From NCBI GenBank assembly GCA_043228905.1, contig JBHGNT010000012.1:3410001-3474000 (forward strand): a stretch of 64,000 nucleotides of DNA, read 5' to 3'. Each line of letters opens with the position of its first letter. The first letter of the stretch is position 1. The position numbers were made by a program, and so were the translations under genes. Shown here one piece after another: positions 1-13,696 of the stretch. Source of the DNA: Azolla caroliniana (taxonomy: Eukaryota > Plantae > Polypodiophyta). The notes under the pieces were generated by a model, which did no database searches, was not told the DNA's origin, and was given only the letters and a program-made list of their open reading frames with translations.

Positions 1-459
1 ATACTTTATATCCATCTAGTGTTCAATGGTTTGAATTCAAAAAACACTTTCACACATAGGACCATGAGACATCATTATGAACCGTTGAGAATCGAACTCA
101 ACTTCCCATAGAAATAGGTTTCACACTAGCTCATGGACATACCATGCAAGTTTTGTAAATAGTAGAAAGGGCCCTTGCCCTAGTTTAGTTGGTATTTAAA
201 CCAACCGTTTGTAGTTTTGTTACTGTTGGAAGTAATATACAGTTTTCTTGTTAAGAAGCCCCCCCCTCTCTCTCTCTTAGTTTTTGGTACACACACACAC
301 AATCACTCAATTATCTTCAGCTACATTACACCACAAGCTCTATCTCCTTACATGGTATCAGAGCGTGTGGTTGCTTAATCGAATCTATTCGACTGTGTTG
401 TGGTACACGCCGACGATCAAAAGAACCGGCTTATTAACAGAGAAGAAATCACTGTGAAT

Positions 460-3400
460 ACTCAGATGGGAAGCACTCTTCCTACGGAAAAGCACGAAAG
501 GACAAATTTTGCATCTTGGGAGTACAAGATACATCAGTACCTTGTCGGTTAAGGATACTAGAGCTATATTAAAGCAGCTCACGAAACACAACCTAACCCG
601 ACACACGCCGACTACCCAGCGTGGGAGCGGGTTGCAAACCGTGTGTTGTATTGCCTTGCATCATGCATACATGATCACATGCTTGGCTATATTCGCAAGG
701 CGAAAACGCCAAAAGAAGCATGGGGCAATCTCAAGAAGATCTTCGCGGCCAATACGGCTGCCCGCAAGCTCCAACTTCGTCAGGAGTTGAATGGCATTCA
801 ACAAAGGGACATGTCAATTGGCAGCTACGCCTTGAAGATCAAGGAGCTCTGCGATTCCCTCGGCTTGATCAATGTTAGCATTGACGACGAAGAAATGGTG
901 CAGATATGCCTCAGAGGCTTGGCACCTCGATTCAGTGCAATAAGATTTGCCGTCCTTGCAAGAGAGAATCCTCCCACCTTTTTCGATCTCCAATCAATAT
1001 TGTTGGTCGAGGAAAATCACGCCCGACAGAGGAACAACGTAGCAGAGGGTCAGATATTCTACTCCCAGTTGGATGATAGAAGAAATCTCGACCGTGCAAA
1101 TAGAGGTCGGCTCGGACAAGGCCTTCATGGTCAGCATACCCAAGAGCGTAACTCTCACCAATGGCAAGTGGATTGGGAACAATCCAAGAGAGTTCGGAAA
1201 AAGGGGCAGTCATCACGCTGTCGTGATGTGGCATGTCTAGTGCGAGAAAAAGTCAAAAATTGAGGATCCACACACATTTCACGAATACTTGTAAAAATGA
1301 AAATAAATAAACCTAGGTCACAATGGAATTGAGTGCATGTAGAGGGTTGCAAGTAAGATTTGAACCTTACACCTCTAAGATAAGAGGGAATTACCTTACC
1401 ACTAAAGCTACTACTAAGTGCTTTAAATGTTTTATATTTCTTTCTCATATTCAGTATTCCATAGGAAACAAACATACAAAACCGTGTACACAAAACCACG
1501 GTTTTAAGCCCATGGTTTTCTGCATGTCACAAAGCAAAACTATGTGCACAGAAACCATGGCTCCAAGCCCATGATTTTGTGCATGGACAAACCTATAAAA
1601 CCCCTAGTACGGCTAGTGTAAAGGGGGAGGCTCAATATGATATGACCACCATCATCACCATCAATAATATAAGATTCTATTTCCTCTTCTTCGCATCGAT
1701 CTTGTAATTATTTATCTACTTCTCAAGTGTACAATCTTCAATCTTCTCAAGTCTAATAGGTCTTCCTCCAATCTTACATTCACATCGTCTTCTTCTCAAT
1801 ACCTTGACGGACATCCTCCTTGGTCCAAGACCCTGGTGGTCCCGCTCAAGCGAAGCACGCTCGCACGCGCATCTTCGCGACAACGCCAGACCAAGCAATC
1901 GCAATAACCCAATCAAATGTGGATACTACGGAAAACTCGGTCACTACAAAGAGGAGTGCTGAAAGAAAAAGCACCCGTCGTTGTTGACTCAGGAGCATCC
2001 AACCACATGACGTCTCATGAAGATTGGTTTCGGGAATTATGTAAACCCGAACGTCCCGGATATGTCGAGACAGGCGATGACACAACTCATCCAATACAAC
2101 ATATCGGGAACGTCCCATTCGGAAACAATAGAAAACAAACCTACCTCAAGAATGTACTTCATGTCCCCACCATCACGAAAAACCTGGTCTCAGTCGGCCA
2201 GATTGTTGAACAAGGAATGCAAGTACGATTCAACAACGACAAATGCTTCAATGAAAGGGGCGGTCAAGTCATAGCTCACGGTTGACGAGAAGGCCATATA
2301 ATTATCCTCAAGCCAGCCATGTTCGCAAAGGGCCTCAAAGTCGAAACGGACTTAAATTTGTGGCACAAAAGAATCGGCCACATCAATCTCCAAAAACTTC
2401 AGAACATGCAATCGAAAGGAGTCGTAATCGGACTCCCAAACTTTACCGCGTAGGAGATTATGGGCGTATGCAAAGCGTGCCAGTTCGGAAAGCAACGCTG
2501 ACATCCATTCCCAAAAGAACGGAATGTGAGCAAAGGGATCTTGGATGTCGTACATTCAGATGTATGGGGACCGGCCTAGACAAGCACACTTGGCGGATGC
2601 CGATATTATGTCACGTTCATCGACGTCTTCTCCAGGCACACTTGGATCTACCCGATGAGACAGAAGAGTGAAGTGTTTGGACACTTCCAGAGGTTCAAGG
2701 CCGAAGTCGAAAAAACCATCGGTCAGCACGTACGCTACCTTCGATTAGATGGAGGCAAGGAATATTTTTCAAATGAGTGTACGACGTACCTCTGAAAGGA
2801 AGGAATCCGACAAGTATTTCCATGCCGTCACACACCTTAGCAAAATGGCGTAGCCGAGCGGAAGAACCGACACATTGTAGAAGTCGCACGGGCTATGATG
2901 AATGAGAAGAACCTGTTGAAATCATATTGGGTAGAAGCGGTGAACACGGTTGTATACCTTATGAATATGTGCACAACCTCAGAAGTACACGACATAACTC
3001 CTCATGAGAAGTTCTTTGGAAAGAAGTCCGCATTTTCGGCGCAATTGCTTACGTGCATATTTCCGACGATACGCGACAAAAACTCGACCTGAAGTCGGAG
3101 AAATATATCCTCATAGGATACTCACTCGAACAGAAGGGGTACAAATGCTACAACCCATCTCCCTGAAAAGTTTAAACAAGTCGAGACATAGTCTTCGACG
3201 AATACGCATCCTAGTACGCATTAGAGACAACTTCGACTCCAATTCCGCTCGACCCGGAATCCACCGAACAAGATATAGAAGATGAAGATTGCCTTACGCA
3301 CATTTTTGAAGAAAGCCCGATAACAACAAGGCTTAGTGGGTCACAAGAGCCCCCAAGCGATCAAAGCACATCTTGGCTGAGTCTGAAGTTGAACAAAGGG

Positions 3401-5206
3401 AAGGCGAAAATGCCAGAGTATAAAGACGATCATTTCGAAGGCATCGAATCGACTCACTCCCTGGATAGTGAGTTCGAAGGCCTTGACATCCGAAGAAATG
3501 GAGTGAAGAAAGCCTTAGAATCCGCAAACGAGAAGCTCCGCCGATCCACCCGTGAAAAGAACCCCGTAAGCCGATTCGGCTACAACGATTATATGGTGTA
3601 CCATTACGTCTTTATGTTGAAGGTAACGACAGTACGGGAGCCGAAAACATTTTCCAATGCCGTAAAAGATCCACGATGGGTTGATGCGATGAATGAGGAA
3701 ATGGAAGCGTTTTGCAAAAATGAGACCTGGGATCTCGTTCCTCGCCCTTTGAGCAAGAAAGCAATTGGTTGCAGGTGGATTTATAAAGTGAAACGCAACG
3801 CCGATGGCTCCGTAAACCGCTACAAAGCTCGACTCGTAGCGAAAGGATACGCTCATACGCATGGAGTCGACTATGAAGAGACATTTTCCCCTGTGGCAAA
3901 GATGACGACAGTGCGGACCATAATTGCCTTGGCAACGGCAAAGGGTGGCACCTCCACCAAATGGACGTCAAGAACACCTTTCTTCAAGGTGAATTAGAAG
4001 AGCAGGTGTACATTGTACAACCAGCTGGCGTCAAATCGCGTACTCATCCGAAAGCCGTGTGCCCACTCAAGAAGCCACTCTACGGCCTCAAGCAAGCACC
4101 ACATGCTTGGCATTCAAAGATTACGCAATATCTTCATCAAATCGGCTTTCGAATGTCGAAATTTGACAGCTCCCTCTACGTACGACGTGACTCTAGAAGC
4201 CTAATTGTCATCATCCTATACGTGGATGATCTAGTCATTGGAGGCGAAAGTCTCACCAAGGTTAACAAGGTCAAATCACTTCTCTCCGGCAGATTCGAAA
4301 TGAAAGACCTGCACGAGCTACATTACTTCTTAGGCATCGACGTAATTTAGACACCAATCGGGATAACGATCTCACAACGATGTGACTACATCCTCAACTT
4401 ACTCTACAAGTTCGGGATGACGGATTGGAAACCTGTGTCCACCCCGCTTGACCGTAATCTCAAGCTTGATGTTGATTCTAGCACAGCTGAGTGCGAGCCA
4501 ACTCAGTATCGCCAATTCATCGACAGTCTGATCTACCTAACCATTACGCGACCCGACCTCAGCTATTCGGTCGGCCTACTCAGCCAATTCCATGCAAAAT
4601 CCACGAAACCTTCATCTTGACTGCGCTAAGAGGGTACTTCAGTACACCGGTGGTACGATGGATTATGACGTCAAATACAGGTCAAATACGATAATACGAC
4701 TCGAAGCGTACAAGGCAGGCTACAAAGCTGATCGACAATCAACATTAGGATTCGTTTTCTCCCTCGGCAGTGGAGGAATCTCAGGGAGTAGCAAGAAGCA
4801 ACTGACAGTCGCATTGTCGAGCACGGAGGCCGAATACAGGGGCACGGCGGTCGTCGCATGCGAAGTTGTATGGATCAAACGTATAGTAAAGGATCTGGGT
4901 GTACCCATCAAGGCTCCAATTCGACTATACTGCGACAACATGAGCAGTATCTACCTGGCGCGGAACCCCATATTCCACGCGCGGACTAAGCATGTCGAAT
5001 TGCACTACCACTTCATCCGCGAACGCGTGCAAGCCGGAGATATAGACTTACACCACATCAGCACGAATCTACATGTAGCTGACATTTTCATGAAAGCCCT
5101 GGGTATCGACAAGTTGCGGCAGTTTGCGTCGAACCTTGGCCTATCTCTTCTCAACCAGCCAAGCTTGAGGAGGAGAACAGAACAGAACAATGAACTGATC
5201 GATTGA
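460..5206 (+). pseudogene. copia-1 gag-pol, with stops, frameshifts and a solo LTR insertion
   Basis: ORF pieces: gag (643-1263), PR VDSGASNHM (1917-2285), INT HSDVWG/NGVAERKNR, RT YKARLVAKGY/LYGLKQA/LYVDDL (3389-4350), RNH YCDNMS..RTKHVELHYHFIRE (4592-5206). Confidence 0.93.
1219..1882 (+). mobile_element. Solo LTR of the family of element B (21574-25855)
   Basis: Termini TGTCGTGA..TCGCGACA; 4-bp TSD ACGC (1215-1218, 1883-1886). The reverse complement aligns along its length with LTR 21574-22217. Confidence 0.92.
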
Positions 5207-5494
5207 TCAAAGCACATGCCGACCGTATGCAACCAAAAAGCCAAACAATCGAAGTTAGAAGCGTTCTAAAGACCAATCCGAAACAATTCTTCGATATCCA
5301 GAAGTTGTTTTCGAGGGGGCGTGTTGAGAATCGAACTCAACTTCCCATAGAAATAGGTTTCACACTAGCTCATGGACATACCATGCTGGTTTTGTAAATA
5401 GTAGAAAGGGCCCTTGCCCTAGTTTAGTTGGTATTTAAACCAACCCTTTTTAATTTTGATACTGTTGGAAGTAATATACAGTTTTCTTGTTAAG

Positions 5495-5541
<47 letters not shown>

Positions 5542-6239
5542 TTTTTGGTACACACACACATAGTCACTCAATTATCTTCTGCTACATTACACCACCAGTT
5601 CCATCTCTTTACATGAACAAACGACAATTTTTGCGTAGCTCTAAATGAACAGTCTTTTGGATAGGATGAACACTGCATTTTGCCCAAAATTCAACCTTCA
5701 TAGACATGCTTCTAAGGTGCCTACAGTTTGTGCAAGGAGGACACCATTTCAGATTTCCAAGCCAAAAATATTGTGGTGCTTCAATTTTGATCAGAATGAA
5801 TTTGAATAGTTTTTTTGCAGAAAACATTTGAATACATATATTAAATTCATAAGTAATACAAAATTCATGAAACTAAGTAGATAAAAGGAGTAAAGATTCA
5901 ACTCTGTTACCTAGAGTATTTTGAAGGCAAATATATTAGAGGATAGAGGTAAAATATCCTCGAGTACAATGTCCCAATAGACGAAGACCACCTCGCCTCT
6001 GGTTGTTGTTGTTCTTTGTACACACTGTCTTGATTCGCAAGCCCGAGCCTATTCAAAATTCAACAATGCGTCTTCCTTGATTCGCAAGCCCAAGCCAACA
6101 ACGCAAATAAAAATAGAGACTGTTTTTTATTTAGCATGAACTTCACTTTTTTTTCCACCTTGCATGCACTGATTTTCCTTTAGCGCTTGGTGTGAGCAAA
6201 ATGCAGATCATAATGTCCATCCATTCGCATTACATTCCT

Positions 6240-6778
6240 TCATTCTATATCATGATAAGCTACAAAGTCAAAAAAAAATTCCAAGGGATATGCAATGATA
6301 GGTCGGACAAAGCTTGGGATAATATAAAAACAGCTCAATATAGATCTCGTTTTTATGCTAATGAACATTGACAATGTCATGTTTTTCTCCTTGGATAGAA
6401 AGACTTGTTTTTACATGTGCATCATGTCTCGTTGTCTACAGGTAATTGTGTTAAATTAGCCCCATGCCTCTATGAACCTTTCATAGTCCTCATGTGTATT
6501 GGTTCATCTACCTATCACGTCGAGCTTTTAGTTGACATCAAAACCCATCATGTCTTTCATGTTAGTCATCTTAAAGCATTCTTGGATTATGAGGATAATT
6601 CAATTTCCATTAAAACTCTGGTTACTCTTGAAGATTTATAGTCCAAACCTCATAGGCCAGAAAGAATTCTCAATTAAAAAACTAAATTCTTACATTCTAA
6701 GAATATTTGAGAGTTTAAACTTAAATGGATGGATGTTTCTATTGAAGATGCTCTTAAAACAAACAACCCTGACTTTTC

Positions 6779-6780
<2 letters not shown>
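6240..6780 (+). pseudogene. Ty3/gypsy chromovirus integrase C-terminus and chromodomain remnant
   Basis: KLAPCLYEPFIVL..TYHVEL..HHVFHVSHLK (GPY/F region), followed by PERILN..EFKLKW..EDA chromodomain-like residues. Confidence 0.75.

Positions 6781-6782
<2 letters not shown>

Positions 6783-6845
<63 letters not shown>
6783..6845. repeat. (GA)n microsatellite
   Basis: Perfect AG run of about 62 bp. Confidence 0.98.
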
Positions 6846-6848
<3 letters not shown>

Positions 6849-7545
6849 ATATTATCATCTTTGGAGGTCAAATATGACCTATGAGACCAAAAAAATTACA
6901 TTTCACGTTATACATGTGAAACTGAGTAGCGACTCTCTATCACGGACACACCAAGCGCGGACTAGAACGGAGCACAGATGATGGGGCTACGAGCGACAGA
7001 TGAACTTGGAGCTAGATGTGACGAGGCTAGCAACTCTAGATGTTGTGAGCAACATGAGGGCATGAAGACAGAAATAAAGATCAAGGAGACAAAGATGAGG
7101 CGAAACGCGAATACTAGATTGATGTGTCAATGATTGGTGTTGAATCCCTTGAAAGGAACCAAGGAGGTTACAAGTATTTATACATGTTCCGAGATTGAAT
7201 ATCTCTAGAATATACTCGAAAAATATCTCTAGAATATGCCGTACAATATTTCTAGAATGTACTATTGACTAGAATATTCTAATTTTGAAATGTATTATAT
7301 GCTAGACTATAGAATGCTAAACTATTATATACAAATGCATGCTCATATCAAAATGGTTGAGCATGACATCTTGTAGTTGTGAGGTTGCAAGTTCAATCCT
7401 CATTAACTACGTATTTAACAGATTCGTTGTGTCGTGACATTATCCACCCCTTTACGGCCGCCTTTTCGAAAGCGTGGTGTAGGGGTGGACGGGAATTGGA
7501 ACATGAACAACAACATGCATGAGCGACCATGTCGATCCTCGCCAG

Positions 7546-9045
7546 TGTTGAGAAATCGTTGTGGAATTTAAATCACAATGAACAGACAATGCTTAAATAT
7601 GAGTCACAAAAAGACACGATAGACAGCTATGCACAGAGATTTACGTGAAAACCCTAAAACGGGGAAAACCACGGGAACAGAACTTCACTATAGACAGTGG
7701 ATATACAATATAGAGAGGATTACAACACTCTTGCGAGTGGATCAGCCACACAGGGCTTTTCGTGTCTATTGTTGCTCACACAACTATGGCGCGGCTCACA
7801 CTTCTCTCGATCTAACACACACACAGTTATGTTCTCATCTCTATTCTTAAAGTTTTCCCTAGTTGCATATATACTTACACAAATTTCTGGCTATTTACAT
7901 ACGTAGCCCTCATGGGGCGCACATTGAGACTATTTACAAGTATAGTCTCCCGAGTTGGCTATATACACGATTCTAGTTTCGGCCGAGGCCGATACTCCTC
8001 TCTCTCCCCATCCAGAGTGACTTGTTTTCTAACATCATCATCATTATTATTACCATAATAATAATAAGAAGAGTCGAATTCTCAAACAGTCAAAACACTG
8101 CTTTCGACCCTTCAGTAGTCGGCTTTCCGAATAGTCAACTCTTCCTCCCACTGGAGGGACATATTCCCAACAAACTCCCCCTTCACTCCTGTGGGAGGAA
8201 ATCTGTCAATCTTGTATTCTGTCGACAGACTCAGAGTCTGTCCATAGGATCTGTTAGTCCTGTATTCTGTCGACAGACTCTGAGTCTGTCCATAGGATCT
8301 GTCAGTCCTGTATTCTGTCAACAGACTCTGAGTCTGTCCATAGGTTCTTTGTCAGAATGTCGGATCAATTCTTGTCAGTATGGATCTTCACAAGAGCAAA
8401 CTCTCCATCTTCGACTCTCTCCCGCAACCAGTCATACCTTCTCTATATGTGCTTGGTCTGGGAGTGGTATGCCGTGTTCTTAGCTAGGTGTATCAGTGGC
8501 GCTTTGGCTGTCACAGTGAAGCAAGAACTCCTTTTGCTTCATGCCTAGTTCGGTGAGAAAATTTCTCATCCAGATCAACTCTTTCCCGACTTCTACCGCT
8601 GCCATATACTTTGCCTCTATCGTTGATAAAGAGCATCAAACTTCTGCAGTCGTGACTGCCACGACATTGCTCCCCCTGCATAGGTCATCACATACCCCGA
8701 CGTGGATCGGCTCGAGTCGACATCTCCTGACATGTCCGAATCGGCTCTTTGCCTGTATTACTCATATATTGGCTTACTACTCCTATAACAAATGTTATGT
8801 CTGGTCTCATACAGACCATAGCATACATTAGACTGCCAATGGTCAAGGCATATGGTACCTTCGTCATCTCGGCCTTCTCCTTCTCCCCTCTTGGGCACTG
8901 CTTCGCATTTAACCTGTAGTTTGTCCGTAACACTGAGCCGACCGGCTTTGCGCCCGACATGTTGAATCTCTCTAAGATCTTCATCACATACTTCTATTGT
9001 GACAACCACAACACCTTTTGAGTTTTGTCTCGAACTATGTGCATT
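7546..9045 (-). mobile_element. 3' part of a copia element (copia-3): RT/RNH remnant, PPT and composite 3' LTR
   Basis: KILERFNMSGAKPV..VPYA..GSLMYAMVC (8688-8987). PPT AGGGGGAGTT at 8173-8182 abuts TGTTGGG at 8172. A second LTR start at 8034 runs to 7546. Confidence 0.8.
8212..8345. repeat. 48-bp tandem repeat (about 3 copies) with internal palindrome GACAGACTC-N-GAGTCTGTC
   Basis: Read directly, in the 3' UTR of copia-3. Confidence 0.85.
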
Positions 9046-12000
9046 CCTAGGTTGTGGATATTTTCTGGAGACCGATTTTCCCTGAAATGATGCAATTCCG
9101 AACGAAGTGATATCGAACGTCGATATGCTTGGAGGCGTTGTGGTGAACCGGATTCTTTGACAAAGCAACAACACTCTGATTGTCACTGTAGACAATTGTA
9201 GCCGAGTCGGAGTCGACCTGTCAAAACGTGTGCGCTAGCTGACCGAGCCATAAAGCTTCTTTTGCCGCGTTAGATGCAGCTACATATTCCGCCTCGGTCG
9301 TTGAGGTGGCTATGCACTCCTGAAGTTTCGACTTCCACGAGATTGCTCCATTGCCGAATTTGAAACAATATCTTGTTTTTGATTTCCGACTGTCCACACA
9401 GCCGGCGAAGTCCGAGTCGGTGTAACCGACTACACTTGAGGTTGAGTTCGGGCCAAAATGAATGTCGTGGTCTTTTGTGCCAGCTAGATATTTGAACACA
9501 TGCTTGACTGCGTTCCAATGCGATCGGCCTCGGTTGTGCATGAATCTGTTGACGACTCCTACGGCATGAGAAATGGCAGGCCGTGTCGCGACTATCGCGT
9601 ACATAAGGGAGCCGACTGCCGGTGCATATGGTATCGACTTCATATCTTCCCCCTCCGGACCGGATGTTGAGCAGTCTCACTAAGACAGCTGAAGGTTAAT
9701 GGTGAGTGGGGTCGAAGCAGATTTGGCCAAGTGCATGTTGAAGGGTTCCAAGACACGTCCGATGTAGTCAGTTTGAGACAAGAAACGTTGTCGTTTATCG
9801 CGATGCTGACTAATCTTCATACCGAGTATGTGTCTGGCCGGACCGAGGTCCTTCATGGCAAACTTCAACCGCAGTTTCCGAACGAGTTCGGTGAGCTCTC
9901 CGGCATGTCGACCGGAGAGTAGCATGTCGTCCACGTAGATGATGAGGAAGATAGGAGACCCATCTTGAGTTGTTTTGGTGAAGAGACAGTGGTCCTCATC
10001 GCTCTTGGAGAAGCCGACCGACTGGATGAAGTCGTCAAACTTCTTGTACCACTGTCGGGATGCCTGTTTCAGGCCGTATAGACTCTTCCTGAGTCGGTCG
10101 ACTATATGTTCTTGACCGGATGCCGCAAAGCCTTTCGGCTGCTCCATATAGATTTCCTCCTGTAGGTCATCGTGGAGGAATGTCGTTTTTACATCTAGCT
10201 AAATTAGCTCCAAGTTGTCGGCAGCCATGACGCCGAGCATGAAACGAAGGGTCGTCATTTTCACCACTGGTGAAAAGATTTCGTCGAAGTCGACACCATA
10301 TTCTTGTCGAAATCCCTTCGCAACTAATCTGGCCTTGTACTTTGGGTTGGTCGAGTCAGACGTCTCTTTTAGTCGATAGACCCACTTACATGGAAGAGCA
10401 CGTCGATTCTTCAGTAATTCGACAGTCCCAAGTCTTGTTTGCCCGAATGGAGTGCATTTCCGACTCCATCTCTAGATGCCATGTGGTTGAATCGGCAGAT
10501 GCCGATGCTTCTTCGTAAGACGTCGGTTCGCTAGCGTTGGTAAAGAAGGGTTGGCACTTCGGAAAATATTACCCTTCGGACTTCAATAGGCCTTTCGGCC
10601 GTTTTATGCATGGTCGACTCATTGAACACGACATCCGAACTTCGGACAATTTGTCTGTGCTCGGGGTCCGAGAGTCGGTATCCGATCTCGCCGTCGGGTC
10701 CATACCAAAGGAAAATGCATTTCCTTGATCTTGGTTCGAGTTTCCGGCGATCGTCTTTCGGTATGAGGGCGTATGCCTCGCAACTGAAGATCCTCAGCTT
10801 CTCATAATTAGGCTTACTGTCGGTCCATATCTCCTGAGGTATTTGAAGTCCTAGAGGTCTACTTGGCGACATATTTATTATGTGTACTGCCGTAAGTAGA
10901 GCCTCCACCCAAAAGCCATCCGATAGTCCGGAGTGTTGGAGCATGGATACGATGCGTTCTTGAATCGTCCGATTCATGTGTTCAGCAATTCCGTTCTGCT
11001 CCGGACTATAGGGTGTCGTATATTCACGTCAAATGCTGCGTTCCCGATTCCTTAGACTTGAATTCTCCTCCATTGTCGGTTCGGAGACATTTTAGTTTCC
11101 AACCGGTCTGATTTTCGACCATTGCAAGCCATTCGGAGAAGATCGAGAACACCTGATCTTTCGTTCTGAGGGGGTAAGCCCACACCTTTCGAGTCGAGTC
11201 GTCAATAAAACTGACGAAGTACGAAGCACCGCCGAGAGACTGATGTGGCATCGGGCCACACACGTCCGAGTGGACAAACTTGAGGGGACTCGATTCTCTT
11301 GGTGTTGATGTCGGGTGTGACGCGGCTACATGTTTGCCGTACTGGCAATGCTCGCAGAATTGGTGATCCCGAGAAGGAGAGCTTGGGGATGTAACCGACT
11401 TTGGATAGGTGCATTATGTCAGCCTTGCTAAGGTGTCCAAGTCGTCCGTGCCATAACGATGACACGGGGATATCAACCAAAAATAAGTCACCCTCTTTGA
11501 GTGTGACATATAAGGGGTACAAAGAGTGTACCTTTAGTCCTCGAGCAAGCAGGAGGTTCCCTTTGTGGAGTGTCCACCCTCCTGATGAGAACCCGACACG
11601 GATGCCAGCTTCGTCAAGTTGTCCGACTGAGATCAAGGGTCTTGAAAGCTCAGGAACGTGTCAGACGTTGTGTAGCACGAGTGTAGAGCCACCCGGAAGG
11701 TTGACCTCTAAAGTGTTGATTCCGATTATGGCACAGTGTTGCGAGTTCCCGACTCGAACTGAGTCGGAATGCCGGTCCGAGTATTGCCGAAACTGAGATC
11801 GGTCAGGTGTCACATGTTACGATGTGCCCGAGTCCAGGAGCCATGTGCTCGATTCTTCAGTCGTAAGTAGAACTTCTGATTCGACTAGGTTCTCTATGGA
11901 CAAGATGTTCGGGTTGGTCGTCAAAATTTCGGCTGAAGAGCCGACGTAGTTGACCTCCTCATGCCGGCTACTCTTCTGATCCACTCTTTGAGCTTCGTCG

Positions 12001-13696
12001 GTTTTTGCTTTGAGTGTCCGGCAGTCGGCTTTGATGTGTCCCAGTTTCTTGCAGTAGTTGCAAATTCGGTTGTCCTGGGACTTGCTCCGGCTTCGTTGAT
12101 TGTTCGGTGGTCGGGAATAACTTCTTCCCCGGTTGTTCGATCTGTCGATCGAACCTTGTACTACATAAGATTCATCAACCAAGTCTTTGGCGAAAGACTT
12201 TCTCTGAGTTGCTTCAGTCAGGATTGCACTCGTGACTTCGGAGTACTTAACAACAGCTGTTGAAGCATTGCACACGGTTGTAATGAAAGTTTCCCATGAA
12301 GAGGGGAGACTACTCATGAGTATCATTGCTCTGAGTTCATCCTCGATTGCTGTCCCCTGAGACGAGATTTGGGAGCTTATTCTTTCGTACTTGTTGAGGT
12401 GTGCCTGAACCGAATCAGATTCTTTCATCCGCAGATTGTAGAGGCACCGGATCAAATACATCTTCATTGCGGCGACCTTCTTTTCGTAAGTTTCCGACAA
12501 TGTTTTCCAAAGTTCAAACATTTTCGTGCATGATTGCGTTGTGAAGTACACTGACTCTAACAAGTGCATCCGAATCGTGGCGCGGACAATTCTGTCTAGC
12601 TTTAGCCACTCGTTTGCCTTGTCTGCTTCTGGAGGATTTTCATTCTCAATCAGGTCTATCTGACCCTTGACTATGAGATAGTCCTGCATTTGTTCCTTCC
12701 AGAAGTTGAAGTTCGAACCGTCAAACCTCCTTAAACTCATCTCCGATGAGCTGGATGTTGATGCCATCTGATTCAGTTTCAGTTGGTAAGACTCGGTTCG
12801 GAGTTGACTACGAACCTTAGTGGGGTGCAGCCGGTGGGCTCACCCGATATTGTTCTAGTTGTTTTTGAACCCGAGTCAGTTTCGTTTCGGATACTTGTTG
12901 CTGAACTTGCTCGGAGTAATTCCGGTAACTTGAGAGACAGAACCAGCTGGTCTTCTTGAATGTTGCCGAGTCGGAGTGAGCCCGGTTAGCTTCCGATTGT
13001 TTGAGCCGATTCTGCTTCGGATGACTGCAGCGATGAGAGGGACGGATCCAACTGATCCTCCCGAATGTCGATCAACCGAGTGAAGCACGAAGTGGTTGTT
13101 GCCAGGACATCAATCTACAGCAGGTGGTTATAACAAGCGGGTGAATAGCGTCTGGTGACCTATTCGAATGTCGTTTAACCGAATGAAGCACGATTGGGCC
13201 GGGTGTTGCACAGGGAGCTCCCCTCAAGCAATTACAATCACAAGAACAGAGTATAGCCGGCTGGCTTACTCCAGTTTGTGATTTAACACAGTGAGATGAG
13301 AGCTTTTGTTTTTCTTCTCCCTTCTCTGTTCTTCAAAGAAAACGAAAACAGAATGTTGTGTGGTGTACTATGACGGCCGGCAACGGGTTGAAGAACCTCC
13401 AACGCACTGATACCAAATGTTGGGGACAAGGCCGTCAATGCGGAAGTGCAAGCAACATTCTGTTTGAAGAAGAACCTGTGTATGCGCATATGCAAGATAG
13501 ACACAGAGAGAGAGGGAGAGAGATAGGCACAAAAGAATCGTTATATTCCAATAGCAACAGTTACAAAGAATGACAACCAACCTTTTCTAAAGGTTACAAA
13601 GTCACTTTATATAGTGACTATCCTAGGGCAATTGACCTTTATGCTATTTACAGAAATAGCCCAAACTTGGGTTGTCCAAAGGAACAATGTGAATAC

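Larger units (their letters stand above)
83..5613 (+). mobile_element. Full-length but decayed Ty1/copia LTR retrotransposon (copia-1)
   Basis: LTRs 83-352 (CG..CA, TG mutated) and 5322-5613 (TG..CA). TSD TGAAC at 78-82 and 5614-5618. PBS TGGTATCAGAGC (tRNA-iMet) 353-364; PPT GAGGGGGCG 5313-5321. Domain order gag-PR-INT-RT-RNH. Confidence 0.96.
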